Positions 37,901 through 49,977 of a stretch of 64,000 nucleotides of DNA are shown one piece after another (positions within the stretch are counted from its first letter, which is position 1; the number at the start of each line of letters is the position of its first letter). The notes below the pieces were generated by a model. It was not told the origin of the DNA. It ran no database searches and saw nothing but the letters and a program-made list of their open reading frames with translations. Position numbers and translations under genes: made by a program. The DNA is from Phallusia mammillata. Lineage: Eukaryota. The stretch spans positions 12,028,001-12,092,000 of the forward strand of contig OZ281496.1 in NCBI GenBank assembly GCA_965637545.1, in the 5' to 3' direction.

Positions 37901-38576
37901 AGTCACAAAAAGAGATTTATAGCGCATTTGAAACCCTATGTTGAAAGGTTGAAGCACATGTGGAAAAAAGCGGTGGAAAAAACATGGTTTGAACACGCAA
38001 CTGAAGACTTACAGATCATGGAACGGAGCTAGCATCTATTTTGAATGTGCAGGACACTACCAAAAAAGACTGGTCCACTTGTGTGAGGCTGTAAACTGCC
38101 CAGGTAACAAACCAAACGTTCTACAAATATTTTGTGTCAATAGTGTTTTTTTTTGTTCGATGATGTATACGTAATTCGATTTTTCTCAATAATGTTTATG
38201 TTTGATTCTTTTTCTTATTAAATATCCTGTCGTAATTTATGGTCTGGGCTAGACAGGAGTTTTGCAAAAATACATGGACTTAAGTCGTAGTTAACTAATC
38301 CCAATATTTTTCACAATTTTAATGTGGGCTTTTAAGGTAGCTATCGTGGGCAAGATTACAAAATATGGAAATCACACACCACTCAATTCATTGTGTATAA
38401 ACGGCAATTCACAACTGCAATAGACAACGAATTTTACGATTGATATTTGAGAATACGATTGGAGACTTCAAGCTGTGCGTTAGTCGCCCTGGGAGTTTGA
38501 CCATGGGTCACTGAGCTGGAGACAGATTTATTGAGATTTTTAGATTGTTCGACTTGGGCGCAGCAGTACATTTAAG

Positions 38577-39014
38577 CAGACTTGGACAACTAGATTTTTT
38601 TTCGTTTTTTTTTAAATAGATTAGAATTTTCTTAAAATCTAGAAATTAAACTAGAATTAGATTTAAGCCAACCAACTTTAGTTTGTTTCAAATTTAAACT
38701 TATAGATTTGCACATTTAAAACAATACGATTCGGTGCATCTAAAACGTGTTTAAACGGAGCTGAGTGCCAAATTTTACTGATAAACGTGTTTCAGTGATG
38801 TAGTTTGGTCTTGTTAACTGTATGGTTTTGTGCGCATTGGTTAAAAAATGCATGCTCAGATCACATGCCAAAAAGTGCCGTTGGAGCGATTTTCGGAAAA
38901 CTGTGAATTAGAGTAGAATTAGAGCTTACTCGATAATTCTAAATTAGATTAGAACTAGTGTTACCGCCATTTTGCTCTAATTTGCCCAACTAGAATTCTA
39001 GTTTTCCAAGTCTG
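38577..39014. mobile_element. hAT-like MITE
   Basis: TIRs CAGACTTGGA(C/A)AACTAGA, perfect 8-bp TSD CATTTAAG, and subterminal CTAGAATTAG repeats. Confidence 0.85.
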
Positions 39015-39322
39015 CATTTAAGCAACCCTGATTCCAGTGTCTAAAAGTATACATATCAAAGTATTTTGTTATAAATTTTACAGTATCCTAAAACATTGGT
39101 TAGACATCGTGACCTTTTGCGTAAAACAAGAACAGCAAATTCGCAGCGGGCTGTGCTAATATTTTCTGTTTGTTTAACTTGAAGCTCTTTAAGTTAGCAT
39201 AGTCTTACCGCTTTATGGTCGTTGTTTAGCTACGGTTTGCCAACACAGCATACAGTCATTTTATTATTAAAACCCGGCGTATTGCCTTACATTGCCAAAC
39301 CTAAAACAATTGAAAAGTTAAT

Positions 39323-39493
39323 TAGGAACACTATGCACGGACTTGAAAAGTAGTTTAATCATAAACATTACTGCCAAGGTAGTGGTGTATATAGAATACA
39401 TCGTGTAGACGTTTCGACAATCTCTGTTGTCATCATCAGTACATGTTTTGAAACATTCTATATACACCACTACCTTGGCAGTAATGTTTATGA
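39323..39493 (-). mobile_element. Penelope pseudo-LTR-like insertion with an internal inverted repeat
   Basis: 13-bp flanking direct repeat TTGAAAAGTTAAT (39310-39322 and 39494-39506). 41-bp perfect inverted arms (39357-39397 and 39455-39495) surround a hammerhead. Confidence 0.7.
39398..39446 (-). ncRNA. Minimal type I hammerhead ribozyme
   Basis: Minus strand ACA-TGTA-CTGATGA-T-GACAA-CAGAGA-TTGTC-GAAAC-GTC^TACA-CGA-TGT: intact core, 5-bp helix II, palindromic ACGT helix III, helix I TGTA/TACA plus ACA/TGT. Confidence 0.82.
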
Positions 39494-39769
39494 TTGAAAA
39501 GTTAATGTTTGGTAAAACTTTCATTCAGATTACTATATTTTGAACGACTGAAGAACACTGAGAGAGCAAATTGTATCATTAACAAACATCGACCCGGAAA
39601 CAGCATAACATTGAAATCATCTAATTCATTTCGTTCATACCATAACAATCATTCAATTTCGACGTTCATTCCGTTGCTACATGCTCATTCATTTTACTCC
39701 TACTGTTCATTCCGTCCCGTCGACCCATTCTTTCTATTATGATTGTTCATTTGGTTAATGCAGCTTCCA

Positions 39770-40410
39770 TTCGTTCCATTCCGACAGTTTATTATGTTTA
39801 TACTGCTTAGTTCGTTTCATTCCGAAGGTTCATTCTATTTATACAGCCTCATTGATTTCATTCCGACAATTCCTTCCATTCCTACAGCCCCATTGATTTC
39901 ATTCCGATAGTTCATTTTGTTCCTGCAGCCCTATTCATTTCATTCCGATAGTTAATTCTGTTCATACAGCCCCATTGATTTCATTCCGACAGTTCTTTCT
40001 GTTCATACTGCTTTGTTTTTTTCATTCCGACAGTTCATTCTGTCTATACAGCCCCATTGATTTCATTCCGACAGTTCATTCTGTTCATACAGCCCCATTG
40101 ATTTCATTCCGACAGTTCATTCTGTTCATACTGCTTTGTTTGTTGCATGCCGACAGTTTATTCTGTTCATATAGCCCCATTGATTTCATTTCGACAGTGC
40201 GTTCCGTTCCTACAACCTCATTATTGATTTCATTCCCACAACACCGTCATTCATGTCATTCCGACAGCTCATTCTGTTCCTACAGCTTCATTCCGACATT
40301 CATTCTGTGCATACACCGTCATTCATTTCATTCCGACATTTGATTCTATTCCGACAGTGTTCATTCCATTCCGTATACTAGTGAGCGTTCCGACCATTCA
40401 TCATTCCGTA
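39770..40410. repeat. About 41-bp minisatellite built on TTCAT subunits
   Basis: Repeated TTCATTCCGACAGTTCATTCTGTTCATACAGCCCCATTGAT with variant units. Confidence 0.9.
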
Positions 40411-41290
40411 AATTAGTGTTACCCTAGCAATTAAAACTGGGTCTTTAGTGCATTGTGATATTCCATCTAGTTTTAGTTCTGCAGGAGCTTTGTGTAAAGT
40501 TTGTTTTTGTGACAACAAACTATTAATAATTTTCCACATTCCACCAATATCATTTCTGTGATCTGTTAGTTCATTTTCAATGTATTTATGTTTAGCTTCT
40601 CTCAGAATGCGGTTTAGCTTGTTACGATACTGTTTATATTGGTCATGTTTACTTGTACTTGAAATCCCTGACCTACATAAAGCATGATACATTTTATTTT
40701 TTACTGTGATTGATTACAAATTCCTTATCCAAGGTTTCTTGGCCAGTTTTCTTCCTCTTCTACTCACTGTGGTCAGTGGTGCATGGTTAAATGAAAAAAA
40801 TTGATGTAATATAACAGTGGTATTTTCATAACAGAATCTTCTATATCTGAAATAACTTCTTCACTGATAAATTGGGTCTCATTTTTAAGGAATTTTTCTG
40901 TTCTATCACAGCAAGTTGAATGCAATAAAACAAAAGTTGGCAGGTAGACATTGTTTGTGTAAAAGTGGTCAATAAGAGTTTGGCTGTGGTTCTTCAAACG
41001 AGTTGGTTGACATATTAATAATGAAAAATCATAAATTTGCAAAGAATCTAAAAAGTTTTGAATACTTTTTACTTCCTTGTATTGCATGAGATCTATGTTA
41101 AAGTAACCACATATATACATGTTACAAGTTGTCAATAAGAGTTTGGCTGTGGTTCTTCAAACGAGTTGGTTGACATATTAATGATGAAAGATCATAAATT
41201 TGTAAAGAATCTAAAAAGTTTTGAATACTTTTTACTTCCTTGTATTGCATGGGATCTATGTTAAAGTCACCACATATATACATGTTACGG
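40378..41290 (-). pseudogene. CR1/L2-group LINE ORF2 fragment (APE C-terminus and linker) with an internal ~150-bp tandem duplication
   Basis: YICG(Y/D)FNIDL...QPTRLKNHSQTLIDHFYTNN occurs twice; YKQYRNKLNRILREAKHKY...MWKIINSLL. Confidence 0.85.
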
Positions 41291-43164
41291 CGAAAAATTG
41301 CTCCCCTTTTTTAATAATGTTAATCGTGTGAGACCATAGAAATCGTTTGTAGTGCAGGGACGAAGTGGGTGCGCGCGTGCTGTGTTGTTTCTTCTGCTTC
41401 TCGTGGTTCGTATCGGTCGTCTGCAGTAGGGAGTAAGTTCATTATTACGATTCTTAACGCTTGTTGCATAGAGCCGACATGATCCACAAAAAGATCAATT
41501 TCGTTCTTGTCTTTTATTCTGGTTACAGAACACAAATCAAGCTCATTTATCTCAAGGAAAGGATACGATGGAAAAGAGAAAGATCAACGACAAACATTGG
41601 CTTTTTAAACTGAAACTCATTTTTCGTGCGATCATTCCAGAACAGTACCTTCTTTTACTCACATCGGTTATTAGTTTGTTTTAAGTTAAACGCTTGCAAA
41701 GATATGCAGCACTGCGATGGATTGCACAACTATTTCGAAACACCCAGTTTGCGCAACAGCCTGTCTTATCGTCAAGCTGTTGGAACATACGAAGAAGACG
41801 GGAACATGTAACAACGACACTCAATATTTCCTTCCAAAAGTTACTGAATCATGAGAACCGATGGAACAGTAAAGTTACACCGCTCGATACCATATGTCGC
41901 AAAAGCAGCATATAAATTCCATGGAACGAAAAGTCATGGTTGCAAAGTTACCATTTTCCATTACTTAATGCTTAGCCAAACCAAAGTGCCAAAATGATGG
42001 TTTGAAAGCACTTGACCGCTATAGCAGCGTAACACGAGATTCTTAAATGAGCGACTTGATCTCTCGCAAATAACTAAATTGTATAAATATCTGCTTTAGT
42101 AATAATGTATGTGTTTTATTTAGGAATCAATATTAATTTAATTCAAACAATTATGTAAATGCGGTGAAGTTTCTATAAAGCCATAAGTATTCGGTGAGTG
42201 TGTCAATGCTTCACTTCGCTGTTTCAGTTTGTGACCTATTTGTGTTGCTAAAAAAAAACGCGTGTACGCATGTCTCCGTGATCTCAATTTCGGATGAATA
42301 TACCATCTTGTTGACCGTACATGTCGTTTGAGATTCTTATACAGCTGACTACTTTTTGCCGCCAAGACAGTCAATTATACTGTTAATAGCCACAGCGTGA
42401 CTGTTAGCCGAAAAACGGCAGTCACAACCATATTAATGGCTGTGTGTTAGTTAGTGGTCATTGTTGTGAGCATTTTTTTCTTTATTGTTGTCCAACCAAA
42501 ACACTTAGACTTTTTTCGACTCCTTTATTACAATTTATTTTTCGATTGTTGTGATTTTGCCGTGTTTGCAACCGTTTTTTTCGAGCCTGTGTATTTTTCC
42601 CGAGTATTTCAGTGCCACATTATCACTTCGTGATCCGTGCAAGTAAACAAAGTACACATAAGATACCATCTGTTGTTTACACTCATGTGCATCAATGTGT
42701 GACGAACATAACGTCACAATGGAGTTGCCAATTTAAGATTTGTATTACTTGTTTTTACACAAAATAGAAGGTGTTTCTATATATTGCCAATTTATATTTT
42801 CTATAAAGGCTTGAGAATCTTGGAGCAGCACCCCCAAAAATTTTCGGAACAAGCCGCCACCGTGCAAACCTAAAAACTAATGCAGCTCACAAAAGCGTGG
42901 CGTTCAAAGCACACGCTCTCTCGCGGATGAATATATCAATGCGTCCTCGTCACTAACAAAGGAGAAATGAAATAACCAAGCGAAACAATTCGCTGTGAGA
43001 GTCAGGCATATTAAGTTTAGAAAACTCGAGCATGAGGTTGGGGAAATATCAATAAAGGATCGACTATTTTTTGGGCAATGAATTGCTCTGACGATTTCAT
43101 TTTATATTTTCCACTGTCGAGCAGATACGGCCAAGCGTTTGGCTAATAGCTCGTTGGTCTGAAG

Positions 43165-43632
43165 CAGGGGTGTCGAATTCGTACACGCCATTTTTGTGTG
43201 TAATAACTTAAAAAATTCTACCTACTCATTTTAAACTTACCGTTGCTCTTCTGGGGATTGGATATTGGCAAATACAAACTCTATCGGCCAAAAAGCTATC
43301 GGATTATTTTATGCCTAAAACTATAAATGTTTCTTTCGAATCTAACTGCTTAAAAAAGATCCCAAGCAATGTGCGAAAAGTTTAAACATGTGCTATTGGG
43401 CCCTCGAGGAACATTTTTGAAATTATCCTGCCTATCGTGAAAAAAGTTTAGTTACCTTTGGTTAATACTCCCTCTTCAGATACTAAGATGCAAGCCGGAT
43501 TTGGAGGTCGTTTGATGCAACTGTGGTGATTTCTAGACCAATGATTGTCTGCGTAGCAAACCTTAGTTTAGGCTTGCGATTTTTTGTCTGGGGACTGTCA
43601 TATTCAAGCGTGCCACATGTTGGACATCCCTG
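43165..43632. mobile_element. hAT MITE
   Basis: TIR-like CAGGGGTGTCGAA / TTGGACATCCCTG; degenerate TSD GTCTGAAG / GTCTAGGG. Confidence 0.6.
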
Positions 43633-43661
43633 GTCTAGGGTCCTTTAGTATTTATGAAGTT

Positions 43662-43817
43662 TGACCAACCCCGAGGGGTAACGGCACCGCGTTGTTAGGC
43701 GTGACGTGCCCGAAATTCATCGGTCTGATGATTTCGTTTTTTGTGTTTGTTTTATTATCGCATTGAGTTTTTTTCGTATCGCTTCCTTTATTGGCGTTAC
43801 AATAAACAAAAGATGCC
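43662..43817 (+). repeat. Severely 5'-truncated copy of the 26920-27065 element tail
   Basis: Near-identical to the reverse complement of 26920-27065, including the AAATTCATC(A/G)GTCTGATGATTT palindrome and AATAAA. Confidence 0.85.
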
Positions 43818-45228
43818 TTTCGTATTTATGAAGCGTGATCATCCTTTTCGTCGCCCCTTATGTTGTTGTACAGTTACTGAAAGTGTGTGGAGTCACAAGC
43901 ATTTCAATATGACTTGTTCATGCTTTTGAAAGTGATTTTTAAATCTTCTAAAATTTTAGTGGAATTAAGTGCCTTTCAAATTATACATTCTATTCTATTG
44001 CTGTTAGTAGATTGCTAAGAATAAAACAATCATCTGCTACATCATTCATTCAGGTAAGCCGAGAACAGCAGGCGAGTCTTCGCACAGCTTCTGTGACATA
44101 ATAAACTAATTTCCACCTAAACAGTGTTATTGGAAGCCATATTGTGAGATTGAATTGGTTCATTCGCTCCATAACGTGGTATTATAAGGTGTTTAATTAC
44201 TGCTTATAAATATATATTAGTAACTTACACAGATGGAAAAATGCCACCCAATTAAAGTTTGCAAAGCATATCGCATCTTACAGTCACGAGCCTAGTCAAC
44301 GCCCGATTGTTTAGACAAGAGCCGAATAACCGGTTGACTTGTCTTAAAAGTGGCGAGCCTTCACCGCTCACGTCTTTTCTTTAGCTGTTATGCACCAGTG
44401 GTCGGTGAATATTTCCCATTGTTGTTCGTTTTCAATATTTTGTGAAATGCTGTGTGCATTCATATCGCTGTAGTAAGTCTGCCACAGTCTGGCCCTACAA
44501 GCTATTTGGTGTGGCCCGCACCAACACTAATTAAGAAAAAACATTATTGTGCACGTGTAAAAAAAGTTATATGGTCCTCGCTTGAGGTCCGAAATTGGTT
44601 ATACGGCCCAACTACGAAAAATGTTGCACGCCCCTTATCTGTTTGCAAAATGTTATTTCAAAATAAAGTTCACGTTATACGTGCGAGCCTGTCACACAAG
44701 CAAGGCAAGACTTTTGACAGGACTAGCTTGACCCTCAAACAATGCACCTGGAAATCGACTGAAATCCCAAATAAGGATTACTTAGAATATTGCAATTCAC
44801 TCAAATAAAAGAAATAGCAGCGACTTAAGGAAACGTATAAACCACATCGTAACTACTGCAGCGGTGTATAAATATTTGTGTCGACTACACCACATACAAA
44901 ATGTTCCCCTACACAGCATAAGATTGCTTCCGAAGTCCAATTACCTTCAAAATGATGTTTTTGAATAAAGGCCCTGCAAGGCCCGAAACTTCCTCTACGG
45001 ATCAACACATTTTAATTTTTTGGATGTCAGTGACTTCCTATTAATAAACAAGGTCTTATGACGTAAATCGGTTGTCATTTTGGGATTAATGCCTTGTTGC
45101 GATATATAAAATATCTTAAAAACCAGATGTAAGACTTGACTAACACGCGAAATATTTGACCAAGCCTTTCAGCGCTGTATGTGAGCATACGTTGTTCACG
45201 CTACTTAACCGTGACGACAACTACGCAC

Positions 45229-45420
45229 TGACGTCACTTTAAGAACGGTCAATTATACGGGTCGGTGCGCACAGTAGGAGTTCCAAACATTTGTAGTTGT
45301 GTAGTTCTATTACGAGTGCTGAGTTTTAGTAGAAACGTATTGACTCATTTCTTTCGGCGGGAAAGGAAGTTTTGTGCAGTACTGCCACCAAGGCTTTTTT
45401 AGAGAATAATCAGGGAAAGT
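45229..45420 (+). promoter_or_regulatory. Candidate promoter and first non-coding exon, possibly of the downstream zinc-finger gene
   Basis: CRE TGACGTCA (45229-45236), E2F-like GGCGGGAAA (45356-45364) and a GTAAGA donor at 45419. Motif evidence only. Confidence 0.3.
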
Positions 45421-46064
45421 AAGACGTTTGTTGTACCGACTGACTAGACTGGTTAAAAAGTATTTTTGTTTGGAGCAGAAAAACTATGCAGCATTTGACT
45501 TGTCCCTGCTTGCTTACTTTAATTTTGAAAGATATATATCAAAACGTACAAAAATCGGAGGTATTCTAGTACACAGCTAAAATATTCTATGCGCAGCAAC
45601 TGGTCATATTAGCACAACAGCGATGTAAAGTTGGTGCGTATATTAATCATTTTTGTTGTGGCGCTTTGTTTGCATTCTTTGTTAAGAAAACACAACCTAA
45701 ATATTCTACCAGTGGTCTGTTATGTTGGGCTCGTGGTCTGTCATTAGATAGACTTAACTGTTAAGCAAGCAACGTACTTGTACTACGACCGGAAAATTAT
45801 TAGTTTTTTTACACAAACGAGGCTTATAAGTTTATTTTAGGTCGTTCCTGCACTGCTTCGCTTTTCAATAAAAGCTTAAGTTTGCTTAAAATTTTGTTTT
45901 AGCACTAATTATTTTGTCTAATCAAGTATTTTGATCTATGGTTTGATGTTATAGTTTAATTTCAGTTTTAACATCGCATGTGTGAAAGGGCTTATTTATG
46001 CAATTTTATTGAAAAACAAGTAGCTTAACTTTTAAGCCTAACAAAAACAAGATCCTTGTTAACT

Positions 46065-46452
46065 AGGGGTCCGTGAGGCAATTTTGGGGGGACCGCGAAG
46101 CGGTTAAAGTAATTCTATAATCTTTTTTGGCGTCAGTTTGTGCCACTAAAAAAGTTTAAATCAAAGTAGAATTGAGAATCGACTGTCTTCATTGCTAAAC
46201 AATTGCCTTTATTAAACGACAACTATTAAAAAATGCAATTGTTCGCGCACAATCGTAATGTTTTTGTCCAGTTTGTGATGTCACATGCTGTCTTTGAATG
46301 ATTGTTATGCGCAATTTTGCATAACTAGCTGAAATCCTGCAATTAACTTTCGTTTGTGTGAAATACACATCTAGGCTTAAGGACCGCGAGCCCTCGAAAT
46401 AATGGCGAAGGGGCCGTTTTGCAAATAATATGAAAAAGATTGGGAACCGCTG
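46065..46452. mobile_element. hAT MITE, same family as about 63268-63610
   Basis: Right TIR TTGGGAACCGCTG; the body aligns with 63268-63610. Confidence 0.7.
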
Positions 46453-47353
46453 GATTAGACGAAGATCTGGTTTATCCGCTGTCGTTTTTGTGGGATAAAC
46501 GTTCATAACAAATACCCCCACATTATAAAACGTTCAATGTCCTTTTTATGCAGATACGCTATGCGGCATTTAGCATGTCCCTTTTGTGCTCTGATGGACT
46601 GGTAAATTGCTTCCTGCGATAAAAGAGCGTACAAAAGGCGCAGCCGTACAAAGATTTGAACGTGCAAGCAAAAAGTTTTGCTTTAATCTTTATACATTTT
46701 TGCGTTCACATTAGTTTTAACTCACTGTACATCTGTTGTAATTTTATGGTTAACCCAAAAGTGCATAATTTTGCGATGATATGTCATTAACAGATTTTGC
46801 ATTCATTTAACTAGCAAACAGCCTTAAAACGCCATCCAAGACCAATTGTCTATTGTGTTTGATGCCTTGGCCTTTCTTGATCTACACCTCTCAATCACAC
46901 TTTAGGGCTTTTCGAAAACGATTTGGGTTCGGGCTAATATTTTTGCAAGATAAAGATCACTTAAACTAATTGCGACGATTATCTTAAGTTTCACCGACGT
47001 AGAAAATTACAGGTTTGTTAGGTTGACATTCTCTTGTTCATCCTTACATACTTAAGTTAAAAATTCTATTGTAAGTGGGTTTAAGTGGTATGAAAGCAAC
47101 GGTTAGCAAAATATAGTCTTTGAATTTATTAACAACTACTGTGTCTCGGAACATTTTTTTTCTACTTGACGTTTTGTTTTTGCTTTTTAATAGAGTCAAG
47201 GTAAAATGTTTAGTATATAATGTGCAACGTAACGCCGTTCCAGTAACATTGAAAGTAATCTTGATCACCCAACGTGAAGAGAAATGAATTCCTGGGATTC
47301 AGACTCCAATCAGTCATCCTCGCGAGGTGAAAAGACCTTTTGTTCGTCTACAA

Positions 47354-49977
47354 CAGGGGTGTGCAACCTTTTTCGTCGGTGGGCCATATAAACAATTTCG
47401 GACATCAAGCGCGGGCCACTCTTTTTTCCTATACCGTATTTACACGTTTTTTACCCCACTATTGGTGCGGCTTGCATTGTAATATTATGTCGATATTATT
47501 TCCCCACGCCTGCGCTTTGTTTTATTTTGCGTTTTAATTTTCTTTCATGTTGGCTTTTACACGTCAACAAACACTCCATCGCGTAGAGCTATTTGTGTGA
47601 CTATAACAGCTGTTGACAAATAGGTGCACTCTGTAGCAAAAAAACGAAGTTTTATTATACAACAGTATCTAACATTGTTGTATAGGGCTTGCAATCGTGT
47701 AAGTACGATACACAATAAATTTGAATATTCTTATGACACACAATTTTAGTGGGACACTTGAAGTTGAGAGTCCTTACACAGCTTGTCAATGCGGGCTTTG
47801 ACAGAAGTGGTAGCTACCCTTAACTGACTAACTAAATTTTCATCAGTCAGCTGACTTCTACATCTTGTTTTGGTGAGCTTCATTTTAGAGAAAAATTGCT
47901 CACAGCAATAGGTGCTACCAAAAAGGGAAGTCATTCGTCTTGCATGTCGGGACAAATTGGGAAACTTTTCACACATGTATAGTTTGTAAAAGTCTACCAA
48001 ACTTTTTTCAGAATATTTTCTCTTTGTGTCCATGTCAGCCTGCAGTTCAACGAGTTCCATTTGGTAATCGTCAGGACTGTCTTCCACTAGGAAATCAAAA
48101 GGTTGAGCAAACAATTTCAGTTTCATTTCATTTTGTCTAAAATCTGGAAATCTGTTTCCAAACTCATCATGCAGCTTCTGTACACTTGCTACATAGTTAG
48201 CGCAATCCAGATCAGGAAATTCTCGTTTCCTGGTTGCAAGACACGTGAAATGGATCAACGTAGCTCTACTCAACTGAAATTGGAAAAGTTTTAATTTATT
48301 CTCAAAAGCACTGATATGCTCAAACAGCTTATTCACAAGCTGACTTTTTCCTTGTAATTTCAAGTTCAGGTCAGAGAGATGCTGTGTTATATCTGTGAGG
48401 AAGGCTAAATCATTCAACCAGTTGTCATCACTCAAAAACGCCACATTCTGATGTTTGCTTTCCATGAAAAACTTAATCTCCTCTCGTAGATTCCAGAACC
48501 TCTTTAGAGTGGCAGCTCTACTAAGCCAACGTATTGCAGAGAAGTACACAACATCAGCATACTCACTGTCCATGTCATGCAGAAAAGCTTTAAATTGCCG
48601 ATGGTTTAAACCTCGTGCTCGAACGTAATTTACACACAGGACAACACTTTTCATGACGTCTACAAAATCAAGAACTTTGGTACACAAGTTCTCTTGGTGA
48701 ATAATGCAGTGGCTCACAACTACGTCCTGTGCTTCAACTGCATTGAGAAATTTTGTGGTGAATCCATTTGTTTTACCTTTCATGGAAGGAGCACCATCTG
48801 TTGTAATACCACACAAGTTAGCAGGATCCAGTTCGAACTTTTTCACTACCTTAAGCACCTGTTCACAGATATCCTGTCCTGTGGTTGTCGAATATAGACT
48901 TCCCATATCTAAAAATTCTTCGACAATATCAAAGTCAGCAGTAACAGCTCTGATGAAAATGACGAGTTGGGCTGTGTCACTAATGTCAGTGCTCTCATCT
49001 AAAGCCAGACTGAAAGCTTCACATGATTTTAGTCTCTCTTTTAAAGTCTCTTTAATATCATTTGAAAGACAATTTGTTCTGCGCGAGACAGTAAAGCGCG
49101 AAAGGCTAGTTTGTTTTACCAACTGGGTTTTCTCTGGACATGCATATTCTGCGAATATTGTCAAACAATGTTTAATAAATTCTCCGTCACTGAAAGGCTT
49201 TCCTTTTTCGGCCATACTTTCACAAATCTTAAAACTGAGTTTTGTCACCAGTTCTGTGTCTTTCTTGTAAGTGGTGAAAACATGTTGTTGTTTTTTCAAA
49301 GAATTTTTCAAATGTTCTATTTTGTCCACTCGTACCTGACCAACCATCCCATCATACTGGGAGGAGTGCTTACTCAAATAATGTCGTTTAATATTATACT
49401 CTTTCATGACAGCAATTGTATTTTGGCAGACGAGACAGACAACACCTTCGTTAAGTGGCTCAACAAGATATTTTGTGCACCATTCGCTGTTGAATAACCT
49501 TCCTTCGCCATCAATTTTTCGTTTCCTAGCTGTTAACATTTCGCAAGCCCTGACACTCCTAAAATACCCTTTCAGTCTGCTGTCGCAGATATATAACTTA
49601 AGAAAACATTCCGCAATAAGCTTGCCAAGTCAACTTTAAAATGTGAGGTGCAAGTAAGTTTCGTCCCAACACTGCCTTTCACAACAAAGTAATTGTTTAC
49701 TACACAAAGAGGAATATTACGTCACATTCGGTTTAGATACGCAACAAGCACCTAATGCGAATAGAAGACTAAAGGTCTGGGTGAATTAAGTTCAATGCGC
49801 TGGTTTAGCTTATTCTTGTTACGTATAGCAACTTAGGAGATTTACCGAAAACTAGCCAGGATTTTTTGCTAAAATGTGCATTTTTACTTGCTCTGAATTT
49901 AGAATGTTGTTGCGGGCCACACTAAATGGCTTGGCGGGCCGGATTGTGGCCCGCGGGCCGCGGGTTGCACACCCCTG
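47354..49977 (-). mobile_element. Intact SPIN/Buster-type hAT transposon
   Basis: Perfect 15-bp TIR CAGGGGTGTGCAACC, perfect TSD GTCTACAA and an uninterrupted transposase ORF. Confidence 0.96.
47746..49539 (-). CDS. hAT transposase, 597 aa, apparently intact
   Basis: BED-type CLVC...RHYLSKH; LALDESTD, TTDGAPSM, HCIIHQENL, AIRWLS, TYCCEQFFS and the C-terminal dimerisation region. Confidence 0.95.
   Translation of the reverse strand: MLTARKRKIDGEGRLFNSEWCTKYLVEPLNEGVVCLVCQNTIAVMKEYNIKRHYLSKHSSQYDGMVGQVRVDKIEHLKNSLKKQQHVFTTYKKDTELVTKLSFKICESMAEKGKPFSDGEFIKHCLTIFAEYACPEKTQLVKQTSLSRFTVSRRTNCLSNDIKETLKERLKSCEAFSLALDESTDISDTAQLVIFIRAVTADFDIVEEFLDMGSLYSTTTGQDICEQVLKVVKKFELDPANLCGITTDGAPSMKGKTNGFTTKFLNAVEAQDVVVSHCIIHQENLCTKVLDFVDVMKSVVLCVNYVRARGLNHRQFKAFLHDMDSEYADVVYFSAIRWLSRAATLKRFWNLREEIKFFMESKHQNVAFLSDDNWLNDLAFLTDITQHLSDLNLKLQGKSQLVNKLFEHISAFENKLKLFQFQLSRATLIHFTCLATRKREFPDLDCANYVASVQKLHDEFGNRFPDFRQNEMKLKLFAQPFDFLVEDSPDDYQMELVELQADMDTKRKYSEKSLVDFYKLYMCEKFPNLSRHARRMTSLFGSTYCCEQFFSKMKLTKTRCRSQLTDENLVSQLRVATTSVKARIDKLCKDSQLQVSH

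Noticed and set aside
39770-40410. CRISPR-like array (also the 10-bp repeats at 53716-53783)
   Set aside because: Contiguous tandem repeats without unique spacers, eukaryotic context and no cas genes.
41330-41810. Possible small spliced secreted-peptide gene
   Set aside because: One good donor and some acceptors, but no start codon or consistent frame could be assembled.
47284-47353. ATG 47284 as an intact in-frame start of the second zinc-finger gene
   Set aside because: After removing the hAT it is one base out of frame (T4 run at 47338-47341) and hits TAG; it is only the start if that run carries an indel or sequencing error.
48704-49497. 188-aa and 128-aa plus-strand ORFs inside the intact hAT
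   Set aside because: Antisense shadows of the transposase ORF.
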